DNA from: Ginsengibacter sp.
GTDB lineage: Bacteria; Bacteroidota; Bacteroidia; Chitinophagales; Chitinophagaceae
NCBI GenBank assembly: GCA_051954975.1
Contig: JBQCHE010000020.1
Coordinates: 64,841-128,840, forward strand
DNA: 64,000 nucleotides
Direction of reading: 5' to 3'
In this document: piece by piece, positions 1 to 9,228 of the stretch
How positions within the stretch are numbered: the first letter of the stretch is position 1
Layout: the number at the start of each line of letters is the position of its first letter
The notes under the pieces: generated by a model
The model's database searches: none
What the model was told of the DNA's origin: nothing
Seen by the model: only the letters and a program-made list of their open reading frames with translations
Translations under genes and position numbers: made by a program

Positions 1-9
1 AAAATAGAG

Positions 10-80
10 GGTCTCGTGGCCGAGTGGTGAGGCAGAGCTCTGCAAAAGCTTCCACAGCGGTTCGAATCCGCTCGAGACCT
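10..80 (+). tRNA. tRNA-Cys (anticodon GCA)
   Basis: Hand-folded cloverleaf: acceptor ggtctcg/cgagacc, anticodon stem gagct/agctt with loop cTGCAaa, T arm agcgg-ttcgaat-ccgct. 71 nt, CCA not encoded. Confidence 0.85.
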
Positions 81-86
81 CTGATG

Positions 87-122
87 TAAGGATTACCGGC
101 TGGTAATCCTTATTTATTTTTG
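87..122 (+). terminator. Rho-independent terminator after tRNA-Cys
   Basis: Perfect 10-bp stem aaggattacc/ggtaatcctt (88-111) with loop ggct, followed by the T-rich run tatttatttttg. Confidence 0.7.
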
Positions 123-629
123 TCTATCCTTAGTTTAAGTGCTGATTCTCAGTATTTTGATAACAGGGTTGTTATATCTGGAAAGTAGCTTTACATAGGT
201 ATATCCCATTTAGATTAGACCAAAAAACAGTTGGATATCTTACTAATTCCCTGTTCTATATCTTCCATGTTTTCCTTTTGACTGAATTCAAATGCATTCG
301 AATAGTCTGAAGAACCTTTTTAAAAGGAAAAATTAATCAATATGTGAAACACACAATTCCAGGCGATTTGAATCATGCTATGTTGAGTGAAGTATAAGGT
401 TTAATGAACGGTGATGCCAGCGGACGGATGCAACGGTAAATTAAAAATTTAAGAATTATGAACATAAAACTCATTACCGCCACCATACGTAACATCAAAA
501 CTATCTGCCTGAACAAATCTTTTATTAATCAGGAGTGGATAAACGAAGCATAATTTCTCCAAGGGTTACAACTTTTTTTGCCATGGTCCATTTATTGATT
601 TTTTAATTAACTGAAAGTAGCAAATGAAA

Positions 630-1931
630 TTATTCCACACTTAAACTGAGTGAAGATTTCCTTCGTTCCTTAATTTCTAAAGGATTAAACGGTCTGCTTT
701 TCATGGCGATTATCGTGAGTATTGCAGAAAGGAACAGGGACCCAGCCATAAATATATATGATGCAGCAAATCCTCCTGTTGCTCCTTCAAGGTAGCCAAC
801 AATGTAAGCCCCAACGAATGAACCCAATGCACCCAAACTATTTATCAAAGCTATAGCACCTCCTGCAACATTTTTAGGAAGCATCTCAGTAATTATCGCA
901 AAGAAAGGACCATAAGGAGCGTACATTGCGCCTCCGGCAATAATCAATAAAGTAAAAGACAGCCAGAAATTACTGGTGCCTACCAAATAGGAGCCATAGA
1001 AGGCAAGTGCTCCTATCAAAAGAAACGGCCAGATAAATTCTTTTCTGTTTAGTGTTTTATCTGAGAAATGCGAAGCCGCTAACATCGCTATAATCGCCAA
1101 AATATACGGCACGGACGAGAGCCACCCGGTGGTTACTATATCCATATTGGGCGCTTCGTTGATGATGGATGGCAACCACATTACAAATCCATATACCCCA
1201 ATACTCCACAGTGCATACTGGAGACAGAGTAAAACCACTACCCTTGATTTAAACGCTTCGGCATAGTTCTTCACCGGCTTGATGCTTTGTTGTTCTAATG
1301 CCAATTGCTCTTCCACATCATCTCTCTGCGATTCTGTCAACCATTTGGCATCTTTTACCTTATCGTTTACCAAATACCACCAAAAAAACGCCCAAATGAT
1401 CGCTGGCGCTCCTTCTATGATAAACATCCAGCGCCAACCCATAGAGCCTACCAGGTGTCCTGATACAATGGACATCCACAAAATGGTAACAGGATTGCCC
1501 AAAATCAAAAAAGTATTCGCCCTGGAACGTTCGGCTTTGGTGAACCACCTGCTGAGAAATATCAGCATGGAAGGCATAACTGCACTTTCTACCACCCCCA
1601 GCAAAAACCTGATTACGATCAATAAAGTAATGTCGCTCACCATACCTGTGGCCATGGCGAGTGCTCCCCATAGTATCAATGACCAGAATATTAATTTCTT
1701 GGCACTTTTATTAGCTGCATAGAGGGCTCCCGGTATCTGGAAGAAAAAATAGCCAAGAAAAAACAATGAACCGAGCAACGACGACATTGCCGCTGTTATA
1801 TTCAGATCGTGTGCCATGCCTCCGGCAAGTGCAAATCCAAAGTTGGCCCGGTCGAGATAGGCCAAACTGTAAGTAATAAATACGACTGGGATCAAACGAT
1901 ACCAACGTTTTCTGGACAATGGTCTTAACAT
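630..1931 (-). CDS. MFS transporter, anion:cation symporter (ACS) type, likely acidic-sugar/aldonate permease
   Basis: 433-aa ORF with about 12 hydrophobic helices. The N-terminal YLDRANFGFA motif and overall pattern are typical of hexuronate/galactonate/phthalate-type MFS. It is the last gene of the co-directional locus. Confidence 0.8.
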   Translation of the reverse strand: MLRPLSRKRWYRLIPVVFITYSLAYLDRANFGFALAGGMAHDLNITAAMSSLLGSLFFLGYFFFQIPGALYAANKSAKKLIFWSLILWGALAMATGMVSDITLLIVIRFLLGVVESAVMPSMLIFLSRWFTKAERSRANTFLILGNPVTILWMSIVSGHLVGSMGWRWMFIIEGAPAIIWAFFWWYLVNDKVKDAKWLTESQRDDVEEQLALEQQSIKPVKNYAEAFKSRVVVLLCLQYALWSIGVYGFVMWLPSIINEAPNMDIVTTGWLSSVPYILAIIAMLAASHFSDKTLNRKEFIWPFLLIGALAFYGSYLVGTSNFWLSFTLLIIAGGAMYAPYGPFFAIITEMLPKNVAGGAIALINSLGALGSFVGAYIVGYLEGATGGFAASYIFMAGSLFLSAILTIIAMKSRPFNPLEIKERRKSSLSLSVE

Positions 1932-2001
1932 AATCTATTGGCTTTTTTGTTCTCCTTTTTTAAATAAAAAAAAATCGGTTATTATTTATCCTGTTATACT
2001 A

Positions 2002-2967
2002 TTACCAGGTTCGTTTGCTCATTATCTCATCAAGCTGTGCTTTGCTCATCTTCCCTAATTCCGGATGCTGTTGCAACCATTTGAGAAAACTTTGTTTTAT
2101 GTCTTCTGTCCATTGATTATCTATCTGACCGGTCGAGTACCGGTTGGACCGCACCATCTCAAATCCAAATTTATCTTTGAGCACCACAAATTCTGAAGTA
2201 CTGATTACCAGTTCTGCCAGATGAGCAGGAATAAACAGCACACCTTCTTTTTCCGCTATCACAAGGTCTCCAGGCAACACAATGGCGCCTCCAATTCTAA
2301 TGGGCGTATTGAGTCCCATGAGTACCATTCCTTCCAAAAAGGAGGGATGAAAATCGCGTACAAAAGCATTGAATCCTTTTATTTCTGAAAGCCCTTGCAA
2401 ATCCCGCGCAGCCCCATTGAAAACCACGCCGTTTCCTGATTTGCTGTATATCGAATTTCCAAGTGTGCTTCCCATCAGGGTGCCGGCGTCTATTTTTCCA
2501 AATCCGTCTGCCACATATACATCGCCTTTTGACAGCACATCTATTGGCCATGAATTGGTATTGCCTGATCTCCCCTGCTTTAACCCGCGATCTTTAATGC
2601 TCTTTTCTACATCGGGGCGGCTTGGCATAAACGCTGCTGTAAGGGCGCGCCCAATCACCGGAATACTATCGTTTATCATTTTCCATCCGGACTCAAACTG
2701 ATGGGTATAGCCTAAATTTTTTAATACCGTCCATGCATCGTCTATGCCGATAGCTCTGGCTCGCATCAATAAATCATCAGCAATTTTTGGCCGCCCGTCT
2801 GTGAATCTTTCTCCCTTCCATTCCGAGGTCAAAAAAACAAGCTCACTTCTTGCAATAGTTTGGGACAACAGGAAATGACCATTGAAAAAAAATGTGAATA
2901 AAACTGCAAGTATGAAACATTTCTTCTTCATTTTTTTAAATGTATATTTTAAAAAAAACGCCAGCAT
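2002..2967 (-). CDS. Secreted RraA-fold protein (RraA / HMG-CHA aldolase family), paralog 1
   Basis: Core GDVYVADGFG...GTLMGSTLGNSIYSKSGNGVVFNGAARDL matches the RraA/aldolase fold signature. Hydrophobic signal KKCFILAVLFTFFFNGHFLLSQ; the likely true start is the internal Met at 2931. About 320 aa versus about 160 aa for canonical RraA. Confidence 0.7.
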   Translation of the reverse strand: MLAFFLKYTFKKMKKKCFILAVLFTFFFNGHFLLSQTIARSELVFLTSEWKGERFTDGRPKIADDLLMRARAIGIDDAWTVLKNLGYTHQFESGWKMINDSIPVIGRALTAAFMPSRPDVEKSIKDRGLKQGRSGNTNSWPIDVLSKGDVYVADGFGKIDAGTLMGSTLGNSIYSKSGNGVVFNGAARDLQGLSEIKGFNAFVRDFHPSFLEGMVLMGLNTPIRIGGAIVLPGDLVIAEKEGVLFIPAHLAELVISTSEFVVLKDKFGFEMVRSNRYSTGQIDNQWTEDIKQSFLKWLQQHPELGKMSKAQLDEIMSKRTW

Positions 2968-2979
2968 TAGTCTATATAT

Positions 2980-3636
2980 TTAAGGAACACGAACTTTTAT
3001 TACTATTTTTTTGACACTATCATATCCTTCCATTTTAAAAGCCGGACGATGAATTTCCTGTGGCGAAAAAATAAAAAAAGTACCAGGGCCGGCATCATAA
3101 TATTTGCCGTTTGAAACTGAAAATGCTTCATTGTCATCAGGTGTATAAGAAGTAATTACCTTAACACCAGAATCGGTTATCGGCACAATTCCCATTTCTG
3201 TTTTACCCTGGATAATATATTGAAGATCATTAAAATTCCTGTGGGCTTCCCAATGAGTGCTATCCTTTTCTTTCGGAACGCCAACTGAAACAGTAGCAAT
3301 TACGTTATTGCTGTCTATAACATACCTGCCGGGCTCTAAAGTGTTCAAATCCTTACTTTTTAAAAACCCAAAAGCTTCATTCCACCATTTTGGATTTTTC
3401 TGATATTGTTTTAAAAATTCAGATTTGTTGATGCTTTCATGAGGAGTTATATTGAGCCCTTTATACCAATCCTCGTTTGTGTACCAATCAGCACTATTCT
3501 CATCCTCTTTAACTTTTGGATTATTGGAACAAGCTGTAAAAATCAATGAAATAATTACCAATGAAATAATTACCAACACGGTTGTCATCCTAAATTTTTT
3601 CATAAATAATCTTTTTTTTATCCTCAATAGAGTCAA
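2980..3636 (-). CDS. YhcH/YjgK/YiaL (DUF386) family lipoprotein
   Basis: The cupin-like core ...HWEAHRNFNDLQYIIQGKTEMGI... is typical of DUF386. Lipoprotein-type signal ending IFTAC; the likely start is an internal Met (3603 or 3588). Confidence 0.7.
   Translation of the reverse strand: MTLLRIKKRLFMKKFRMTTVLVIISLVIISLIFTACSNNPKVKEDENSADWYTNEDWYKGLNITPHESINKSEFLKQYQKNPKWWNEAFGFLKSKDLNTLEPGRYVIDSNNVIATVSVGVPKEKDSTHWEAHRNFNDLQYIIQGKTEMGIVPITDSGVKVITSYTPDDNEAFSVSNGKYYDAGPGTFFIFSPQEIHRPAFKMEGYDSVKKIVIKVRVP
3544..3573. repeat. Perfect 15-bp tandem duplication (caatgaaataattac x2) inside the YhcH-family signal-peptide coding region
   Basis: Read directly: 3544-3558 is identical to 3559-3573. On the minus strand it encodes VIISL-VIISL in the hydrophobic core of the signal peptide. 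Confidence 0.95.
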
Positions 3637-3766
3637 ATCCTAACCTTTCACGTTGACGGTTCCAGGCTACTTTATTTAAAAGAAGTTTCTATGCCCCGCA
3701 ACGGTTAGAAATAAATCAATTAAGATAGAATTTTAATAAAAACTTTTCGCCTTCCATATCGGGGGT

Positions 3767-3907
3767 TTATTTTTCATTATCCTCTTTAGCACTTTTAAAT
3801 TCTTTTATTCCTTTTCCGATTCCTTGCATTAAATGAGGAATTTTTCTTCCACCAAAAAATAAGAGGATTACAAGAAATATTAAAATCCATTCTGCCCCGC
3901 CAGGCAT
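3767..3907 (-). CDS. tatA: Twin-arginine translocase subunit TatA/E (small ORF absent from the >=60 aa track)
   Basis: Manual translation of the minus strand gives MPGGAEWILIFLVILLFFGGRKIPHLMQGIGKGIKEFKSAKEDNEK. It has one TM helix, the FGG-(R/K)K-(I/L)P hinge and an amphipathic helix, which are the TatA hallmarks. An alternative upstream ATG at 3946 would give 59 aa. Confidence 0.8.
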   Translation of the reverse strand: MPGGAEWILIFLVILLFFGGRKIPHLMQGIGKGIKEFKSAKEDNEK

Positions 3908-4000
3908 TGTAAACAAAAAGTTGTTTTTTAATAAAATATTATTCATTTGAAATGTATTAAAATAAACCTAATCTTCAGTAAACAAACAAATAAGTAGCTT

Positions 4001-5557
4001 TTATTTTGCATAGGGTTGAGGCCTTGTAATTTCGGTACCTCCTGTTGTCCTTCCACTCCATAAAAAATCACTTGAATTTGAATTATTCCATTCCGGGGTT
4101 GGAGCAAAATAACCAGGATGCCTGGGATCAAGATGCTTCTTAACCACCTCATCATTTAATTCAACGCCTAAGCCCGGAGCACTGAGTGGAACATGGGCAA
4201 ACCCCTTATCGAATATTTTAAATCCACCTTTTGTTTTTACCAGGTCTTCCCACCAGGGATTGTCTAAGGAGCCATTATTGGGCATTTCCAGCGAAAGCAT
4301 GTTGTTAGTTGCAGCAGCACAATGTACGTTTGCCATAAAAGAGACTGGTGAGCCGGCAAAATGCATGATCATCGGAATACCTTTTGATTCGGCATAATCA
4401 CCTATAATTTTTGTTTCTAAAATACCACCAGAAGAGGCAAGATCCGGTTGCACGATATCTACGGCATTGTTATCTATCAGTTTAAAAAATTTTTCTTTAA
4501 GATAAATGTCCTCTCCGGTTAACGTCGGTGTTTCGATTGCGTCTGTAACTGCTTTCCACTGATCAATATAATCCATAGGGAAAAAATCTTCCAGCCATGC
4601 AAGGCGATAAGGATCCAGCGCTTTTCCTACCCGGATTGCATTATTTACATCATAGTTACCAAAGCCATCTGAACCAAGAGGAATATCCCAACCAATGACA
4701 CTTCGAACCATATCAACATATTTGGCAAGTTCATCCAGTCCCTTGTCCGTAATCTGCATTTGATAAAAAGGTTGTTTAATTCTTAAATCACCAGTTAAAA
4801 TGGGAGAATAACTGTTTCTGTATTCAGGAGTGTACCAAAACTTGTCATTTACTGTTGTTCCGGGAATATCGGCGATCCAATCAATTGAAGGATACATTTT
4901 AAACCAGGTAATACCCAGTTTTTCCTTGCGGAAATTTATTTCTTCTTTAAACTTCTCTACATCCATTAGTCTGCCATTATGCCTTGGAACATAAGCGTAC
5001 ATTCTTATCTTATCTCTGTATCTTCCACCTAATAATTGCCATACGGGCACTCCATAAGCCTTCCCGGTTAAATCCCAAAGCGCCATTTCTACTCCTGAAA
5101 CTCCTCCTCCCTGCCTTGATTGTCCGCCAAATTGTTTTATCAGCCTAAACAACATTTCGACGTTGCAGGGATTCTGCCCCAATAAACGGCTTTTCAATAT
5201 CAAAGCGTACCTCCAATCTGCACCGTCTCTTACTTCTCCCAAACCATAAATACCCTGGTTCGTATCAATTCGAATAATAGGTCTTTGATTGGCGACAACA
5301 CAATACCTCATATCTGTAATTTTTAAGTCGGAAGGACTTGAAAACCGTTTCACTTTTGATGTAGTTTGTGCGATGGTATCTCCTATTGGCAGGTTCATTA
5401 AACCTACGAGGGATAAGCCACCTAGCGTCGCTTTTTTCAGAAAGCTACGCCGGTCGTCTGAGGTACCAGGATTATTTTCTTCAATTTTCATTTCTTCCAG
5501 ATATAATCTCTCTTCTTCTTTGCTTTTTTCAATAATTTGATCAATAATTCTTTTCAT
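4001..5557 (-). CDS. Enolase-superfamily enzyme (mandelate racemase/muconate lactonizing family, acid-sugar dehydratase-like) with twin-arginine signal
   Basis: VEMALWDLTGKAYGVPVWQLLGG is the MR/MLE N-domain motif. Candidate metal ligands lie in LGSDGFG, AWLEDFFP and LTGEDIY. The Tat motif DDRRSFLKKATLGGLSLVGL is near consensus; the probable start is the internal Met at 5491. Confidence 0.8.
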   Translation of the reverse strand: MKRIIDQIIEKSKEEERLYLEEMKIEENNPGTSDDRRSFLKKATLGGLSLVGLMNLPIGDTIAQTTSKVKRFSSPSDLKITDMRYCVVANQRPIIRIDTNQGIYGLGEVRDGADWRYALILKSRLLGQNPCNVEMLFRLIKQFGGQSRQGGGVSGVEMALWDLTGKAYGVPVWQLLGGRYRDKIRMYAYVPRHNGRLMDVEKFKEEINFRKEKLGITWFKMYPSIDWIADIPGTTVNDKFWYTPEYRNSYSPILTGDLRIKQPFYQMQITDKGLDELAKYVDMVRSVIGWDIPLGSDGFGNYDVNNAIRVGKALDPYRLAWLEDFFPMDYIDQWKAVTDAIETPTLTGEDIYLKEKFFKLIDNNAVDIVQPDLASSGGILETKIIGDYAESKGIPMIMHFAGSPVSFMANVHCAAATNNMLSLEMPNNGSLDNPWWEDLVKTKGGFKIFDKGFAHVPLSAPGLGVELNDEVVKKHLDPRHPGYFAPTPEWNNSNSSDFLWSGRTTGGTEITRPQPYAK

Positions 5558-5608
5558 AATAATTAATTGTTAGTTTAAAAAATTTGTATCAGTGTTATTT
5601 TATTTAGT

Positions 5609-6571
5609 TTATTTACTCTCCTTATTTAGATATTCTTCAACTTCTTTTGAAGTAATAGCTGTTTTCTTTGAATATTTCAAAAACCATTTTCGAAATTCAT
5701 TTTTCATATTTTCTGACCAGTCACCATGTACTTCACCCGAAGGATATTTTGCTAATTGCAACATATATCTTTCAAATTCATCTTTCAGGGCGATCATTTC
5801 TGAACTGGTAACCAAAGGTTCTACTAAATAAGGCGGTATAAAAGCAACGCCGTAATCATTGGCAAATACCACATCTCCCGGAAACACCGTTGCTTCCCCT
5901 ATCCTTATCGGTGCATTTATCGACACAGGTGTCATATCCTGTATGTATGAGGGATCATTGCCTTTAATCCATGCGTTAAATCCCTTGGTGTCCTTAAGTT
6001 CCTGCATATCTCTTATGGATCCAAAAAATACAACTCCCTGTCCGGTTTTTCCATAAATGGCATTTCCGAGGCTTGAACCTATCAAGGTGCCATTCTTTAT
6101 TTTCCCAAATCCATCAGCAACATAAATATCATTAGTAGTGAGAACATCAATTGGCCAGGTATTAATTCCTCCATGTTGAGATTTGCCTTCTCTTTTACCT
6201 GCATTACGAATAAGGGAATCGAGATCCGGCCTCGACGGCATAAACTGAGTGGTAACTGCACGCCCAACCATGATTTCACCCGGCTTTAAAATTTGCCAGT
6301 TTTTTTCTATTTGGTTGTGAAACCCTCTTCTGTATAAATAGCCCCAAATTTGTTCCAGGGTGCAATTTTTTAGCCTTTGCAAAAGATCGTCAGGAACCTT
6401 CGGTCTTCCGTCTGCAAATCTTTCGCCTTTCCATGTTGAGGTTATTGCAATTATATTTTCAGACGGCGTACTGACGTGTTGAGCATATATACTAAACGGG
6501 AAGACAAAGAAAAATATAATTACAGCAATCAATTTCATCATAAAATTTGCATTTGTTTTTTTAATATTCAA
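5609..6571 (-). CDS. Secreted RraA-fold protein, paralog 2
   Basis: NDIYVADGFGKIKNGTLIGSSLGNAIYGKTGQGVVFFGSIRDM. It is collinear with the 2002-2967 product along its whole length, roughly half the residues identical by eye. Signal peptide LIAVIIFFFVFPFSIYAQ. Confidence 0.7.
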   Translation of the reverse strand: MNIKKTNANFMMKLIAVIIFFFVFPFSIYAQHVSTPSENIIAITSTWKGERFADGRPKVPDDLLQRLKNCTLEQIWGYLYRRGFHNQIEKNWQILKPGEIMVGRAVTTQFMPSRPDLDSLIRNAGKREGKSQHGGINTWPIDVLTTNDIYVADGFGKIKNGTLIGSSLGNAIYGKTGQGVVFFGSIRDMQELKDTKGFNAWIKGNDPSYIQDMTPVSINAPIRIGEATVFPGDVVFANDYGVAFIPPYLVEPLVTSSEMIALKDEFERYMLQLAKYPSGEVHGDWSENMKNEFRKWFLKYSKKTAITSKEVEEYLNKESK

Positions 6572-6596
6572 CCAGGCAGTTATAATCAGATCATAA

Positions 6597-7628
6597 CTAT
6601 TTTGGTACTGCGTTTTTATTTATATATTGCTGCAACTTATTTGCCTCAAGGTCATTCGATGCTAAATCTTTAATATAGTGAAAACGTTCGGCCCATTCGA
6701 GACCATATTGTTTTCCTAATTCTCTATTTGAAATTTGAGTAAAATTCAAGCGACGGGCATCAATATCAAAAACGAAATGTTTTACATAATTAAAATCTGC
6801 TTTGCTATCGTCATCGCCCAAGATTGTCAATTTTTTACCCTCCTTTGCCAATTTCTCTTTTAGTTTTCTTCCGGCCCCTTGTCCGGCTGGACCTTTTGTA
6901 GTATTCAGCATATTTACTTCAACCTTTTTATCAATATAATTGCTGATATCTACTATCCGGTTAACTCGCTGAGGATCCCTGGAGAAATAATATCTTTCTT
7001 TGGGGCTATGAGGTTTCAAACCTGCATCCAAATGTTCAGGATAGTCAGTGGCCATCCCTGCCATCCATCTCGCAGCTTCTACCGCATGTGCTGTTGCAAT
7101 GTGATCGGGATTCTCTTCATAATGTTCCCACGGGTCCCAGGTGATAACTGTATCAACTTTTAATAACCTGAATAAAAAAATCAGCCGGCCCTTAAGATCC
7201 TGGATTTGTATGCTATCCATCCGGTGATGAGGATACATGAAATCATAACCTTTTCCCATGCCGTAATACCTGGCAATTTTTGCGTTATCTTGTTTGTTAC
7301 CCTCCACGTCACCACTGGAATCATCAGAAGTTCGAAGCAGGTAACCAGTGTACCCTTCATCCAAAAGTTTCGCAACAGTGCCACCGGCAAACAATGGAAT
7401 ATCGTCTGAATGCGCCTGAATTGCCAGTAACACCTTGCCTTTATGTGGCTTTCCTGTCACATGTCGCTCTATAACAATTTCTTCCGGATCGCCTACAATG
7501 CCGTTTGGATCTTTTTTTACTAACTTTTCCTGGGTGCTTTTATTAACATCCAGTCCGAGAGTGAATAATGAGCTCCCGACTAGAGCACTGGATAATAAAC
7601 CCTTATGCAAAAAATCTTTCCTTTTCAT
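6597..7628 (-). CDS. PIG-L/LmbE family deacetylase, exported
   Basis: The motif LLAIQAHSDDIPLFAGG(T) corresponds to the AHPDD(E) zinc-deacetylase signature. N-terminal signal-like region KDFLHKGLLSSALVGSSLFTLG. Confidence 0.75.
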   Translation of the reverse strand: MKRKDFLHKGLLSSALVGSSLFTLGLDVNKSTQEKLVKKDPNGIVGDPEEIVIERHVTGKPHKGKVLLAIQAHSDDIPLFAGGTVAKLLDEGYTGYLLRTSDDSSGDVEGNKQDNAKIARYYGMGKGYDFMYPHHRMDSIQIQDLKGRLIFLFRLLKVDTVITWDPWEHYEENPDHIATAHAVEAARWMAGMATDYPEHLDAGLKPHSPKERYYFSRDPQRVNRIVDISNYIDKKVEVNMLNTTKGPAGQGAGRKLKEKLAKEGKKLTILGDDDSKADFNYVKHFVFDIDARRLNFTQISNRELGKQYGLEWAERFHYIKDLASNDLEANKLQQYINKNAVPK

Positions 7629-7667
7629 ATTTCTAAAGTTTTAAATGATTGTTGATTGTTTTCAGTA

Positions 7668-9206
7668 TTATTTCACATCCCAAAAAACTCTTGTTGCCAT
7701 GTTGTCTGCTCCCATACGCGCAACCGCATCTTTATAATTTTCGGCGTTTACCGAAATTTCCCTTGCCGGGTATTGCAGCCGGTGAATAAAATCTCCTTTT
7801 ACTACAGGGTCCGCACCCGGGTATGGGTTTGGTTCTAATTGTGGAAAGCCAGATCTTCTGAAATTAGCCCAGCCTTCAGACCCGTTTAAAAATGACGAGA
7901 TCCAGTATTGTGTATTTATTTGTTCGATAGCGTCAGCGGGATTAAACGGATTTGCATTGAGGTATGCATTTTGTAATGCCTGTGCGATTGCTGCAGACTG
8001 ATCATATTGTAGCATTTGATCCATGTGTGCTTTTACTCCGGCATTGTAATGAATTTCAGGATCCCCGCTAATCCACCCCCGTTGGGCGGCTTCGGCAAGT
8101 AATAGTTGAGTTTGAGAATGCGTTATAAAAAATTCCGGGGCATCTATTTTTGCCAACGTTTTACGATTTAACTGCGAATACTTCCAGGCAGCACCAATTT
8201 TTCCGGGATAGTTAGGTTCACTACTAATCGTAGCGTCATTATATCCATATGGCATTCCTTGCTGATGCTGCGGCTCAGTATCTTCTGATCCGGCAGTACC
8301 TATAGGATTTGCAGGAATTTCATACTTAACCGCAATTACCTTTAAACGTGGATCATCCACACTTTTCAAATAGTCAATGAAAGGCTTTGCCAGGTAAAAA
8401 TTCGCCCGTTCACTTCCCTGGAAAGTGCTTGCATTAGGATGATTAAACACGCTGTTAAAAGGAACAAACGCATTATCTGAATTCGATTCAATCAATCCAC
8501 CCCGGCCTATATCGGTAGCCAGCGTCACATATTGCTTTGCTTTACCAGGATTGACTTTTGTAAATCGCATGGCAACCCTTAATAATAATGAGTTCCCTAA
8601 TTTTTTCCATTTAGAAATATTGCCTTTATAAAAAAGATCATTCGATTCAATTTTTTTACCTGCATCCAACTTATTTGTGGCATCAACCAGTTCCTTTAGC
8701 AAGTCGTCATAAATTTCCTCGTCAGAATCATATTTAGGAAGATTTATTCCTTCAAGATACGCTGCTCCCGCTGTAAAATACGGCACGTAGCCATACGTAT
8801 CCACCAAAACCTGGAATACATGACAACGCCAGATCCGCGCCATATTATACAAATTAGACCTGGACGGGTCATCCTTTGTTTGATGTAATATATTGGTAAG
8901 CGATTTTACTGGTCCTGTATATAGGGACGTAAAAGCAGATCCGACATTGTTTGCAAAAAACCAAACGTTATGATTTCCCCCTTCCAAAACCCCTGTGAAC
9001 GGGGTAATAATTTGTTGAACAATTTCTGCCTGGTATTGAATCGTATAAATTGCAGAAGTTAGCTGGGCGTCCGCAAACAAATAAGATGGATCCAAAGAAG
9101 TCGGTAACACCGGATTTGTATTCACCTTTTCAAACCCTTTGTCACATCCAGACGTGCCAATTAAACAAATAAACAGCACCCAAATGAATTTAGTCATTCT
9201 TTTCAT
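7668..9206 (-). CDS. SusD/RagB family nutrient-binding outer-membrane lipoprotein
   Basis: About 510 aa, lipobox LIGTSGC, immediately downstream of the SusC-like gene (22 bp from the likely start at 9206; the longest ORF starts at 9242). Confidence 0.8.
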   Translation of the reverse strand: MKRMTKFIWVLFICLIGTSGCDKGFEKVNTNPVLPTSLDPSYLFADAQLTSAIYTIQYQAEIVQQIITPFTGVLEGGNHNVWFFANNVGSAFTSLYTGPVKSLTNILHQTKDDPSRSNLYNMARIWRCHVFQVLVDTYGYVPYFTAGAAYLEGINLPKYDSDEEIYDDLLKELVDATNKLDAGKKIESNDLFYKGNISKWKKLGNSLLLRVAMRFTKVNPGKAKQYVTLATDIGRGGLIESNSDNAFVPFNSVFNHPNASTFQGSERANFYLAKPFIDYLKSVDDPRLKVIAVKYEIPANPIGTAGSEDTEPQHQQGMPYGYNDATISSEPNYPGKIGAAWKYSQLNRKTLAKIDAPEFFITHSQTQLLLAEAAQRGWISGDPEIHYNAGVKAHMDQMLQYDQSAAIAQALQNAYLNANPFNPADAIEQINTQYWISSFLNGSEGWANFRRSGFPQLEPNPYPGADPVVKGDFIHRLQYPAREISVNAENYKDAVARMGADNMATRVFWDVK

Positions 9207-9228
9207 TTTGATATTTTTTAAAGCGGTT

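Noticed and set aside
1-629. tRNA-Cys followed by about 500 bp of non-coding DNA, considered as the boundary of an integrated genomic island carrying the SusCD locus.
   Set aside because: No integrase, excisionase or transposase is present in the window. I could not find a direct repeat of the tRNA 3' end. The tRNA has its own clean terminator. This is not supportable from the sequence alone.
1279-1905. Track ORFs antisense to or out of frame with the MFS gene (1279..1722 +, 1360..1671 -, 1711..1905 -). Many similar 60-150 aa ORFs lie inside larger genes throughout the window, for example 2297..2701, 5289..5540, 16377..16867, 17651..19307, 25175..25694, 34212..35142, 51275..52439 and 60406..61204.
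   Set aside because: They are fully embedded in longer ORFs that carry clear family motifs. They have low-complexity or biased composition and no recognisable motifs, so they are shadow ORFs.
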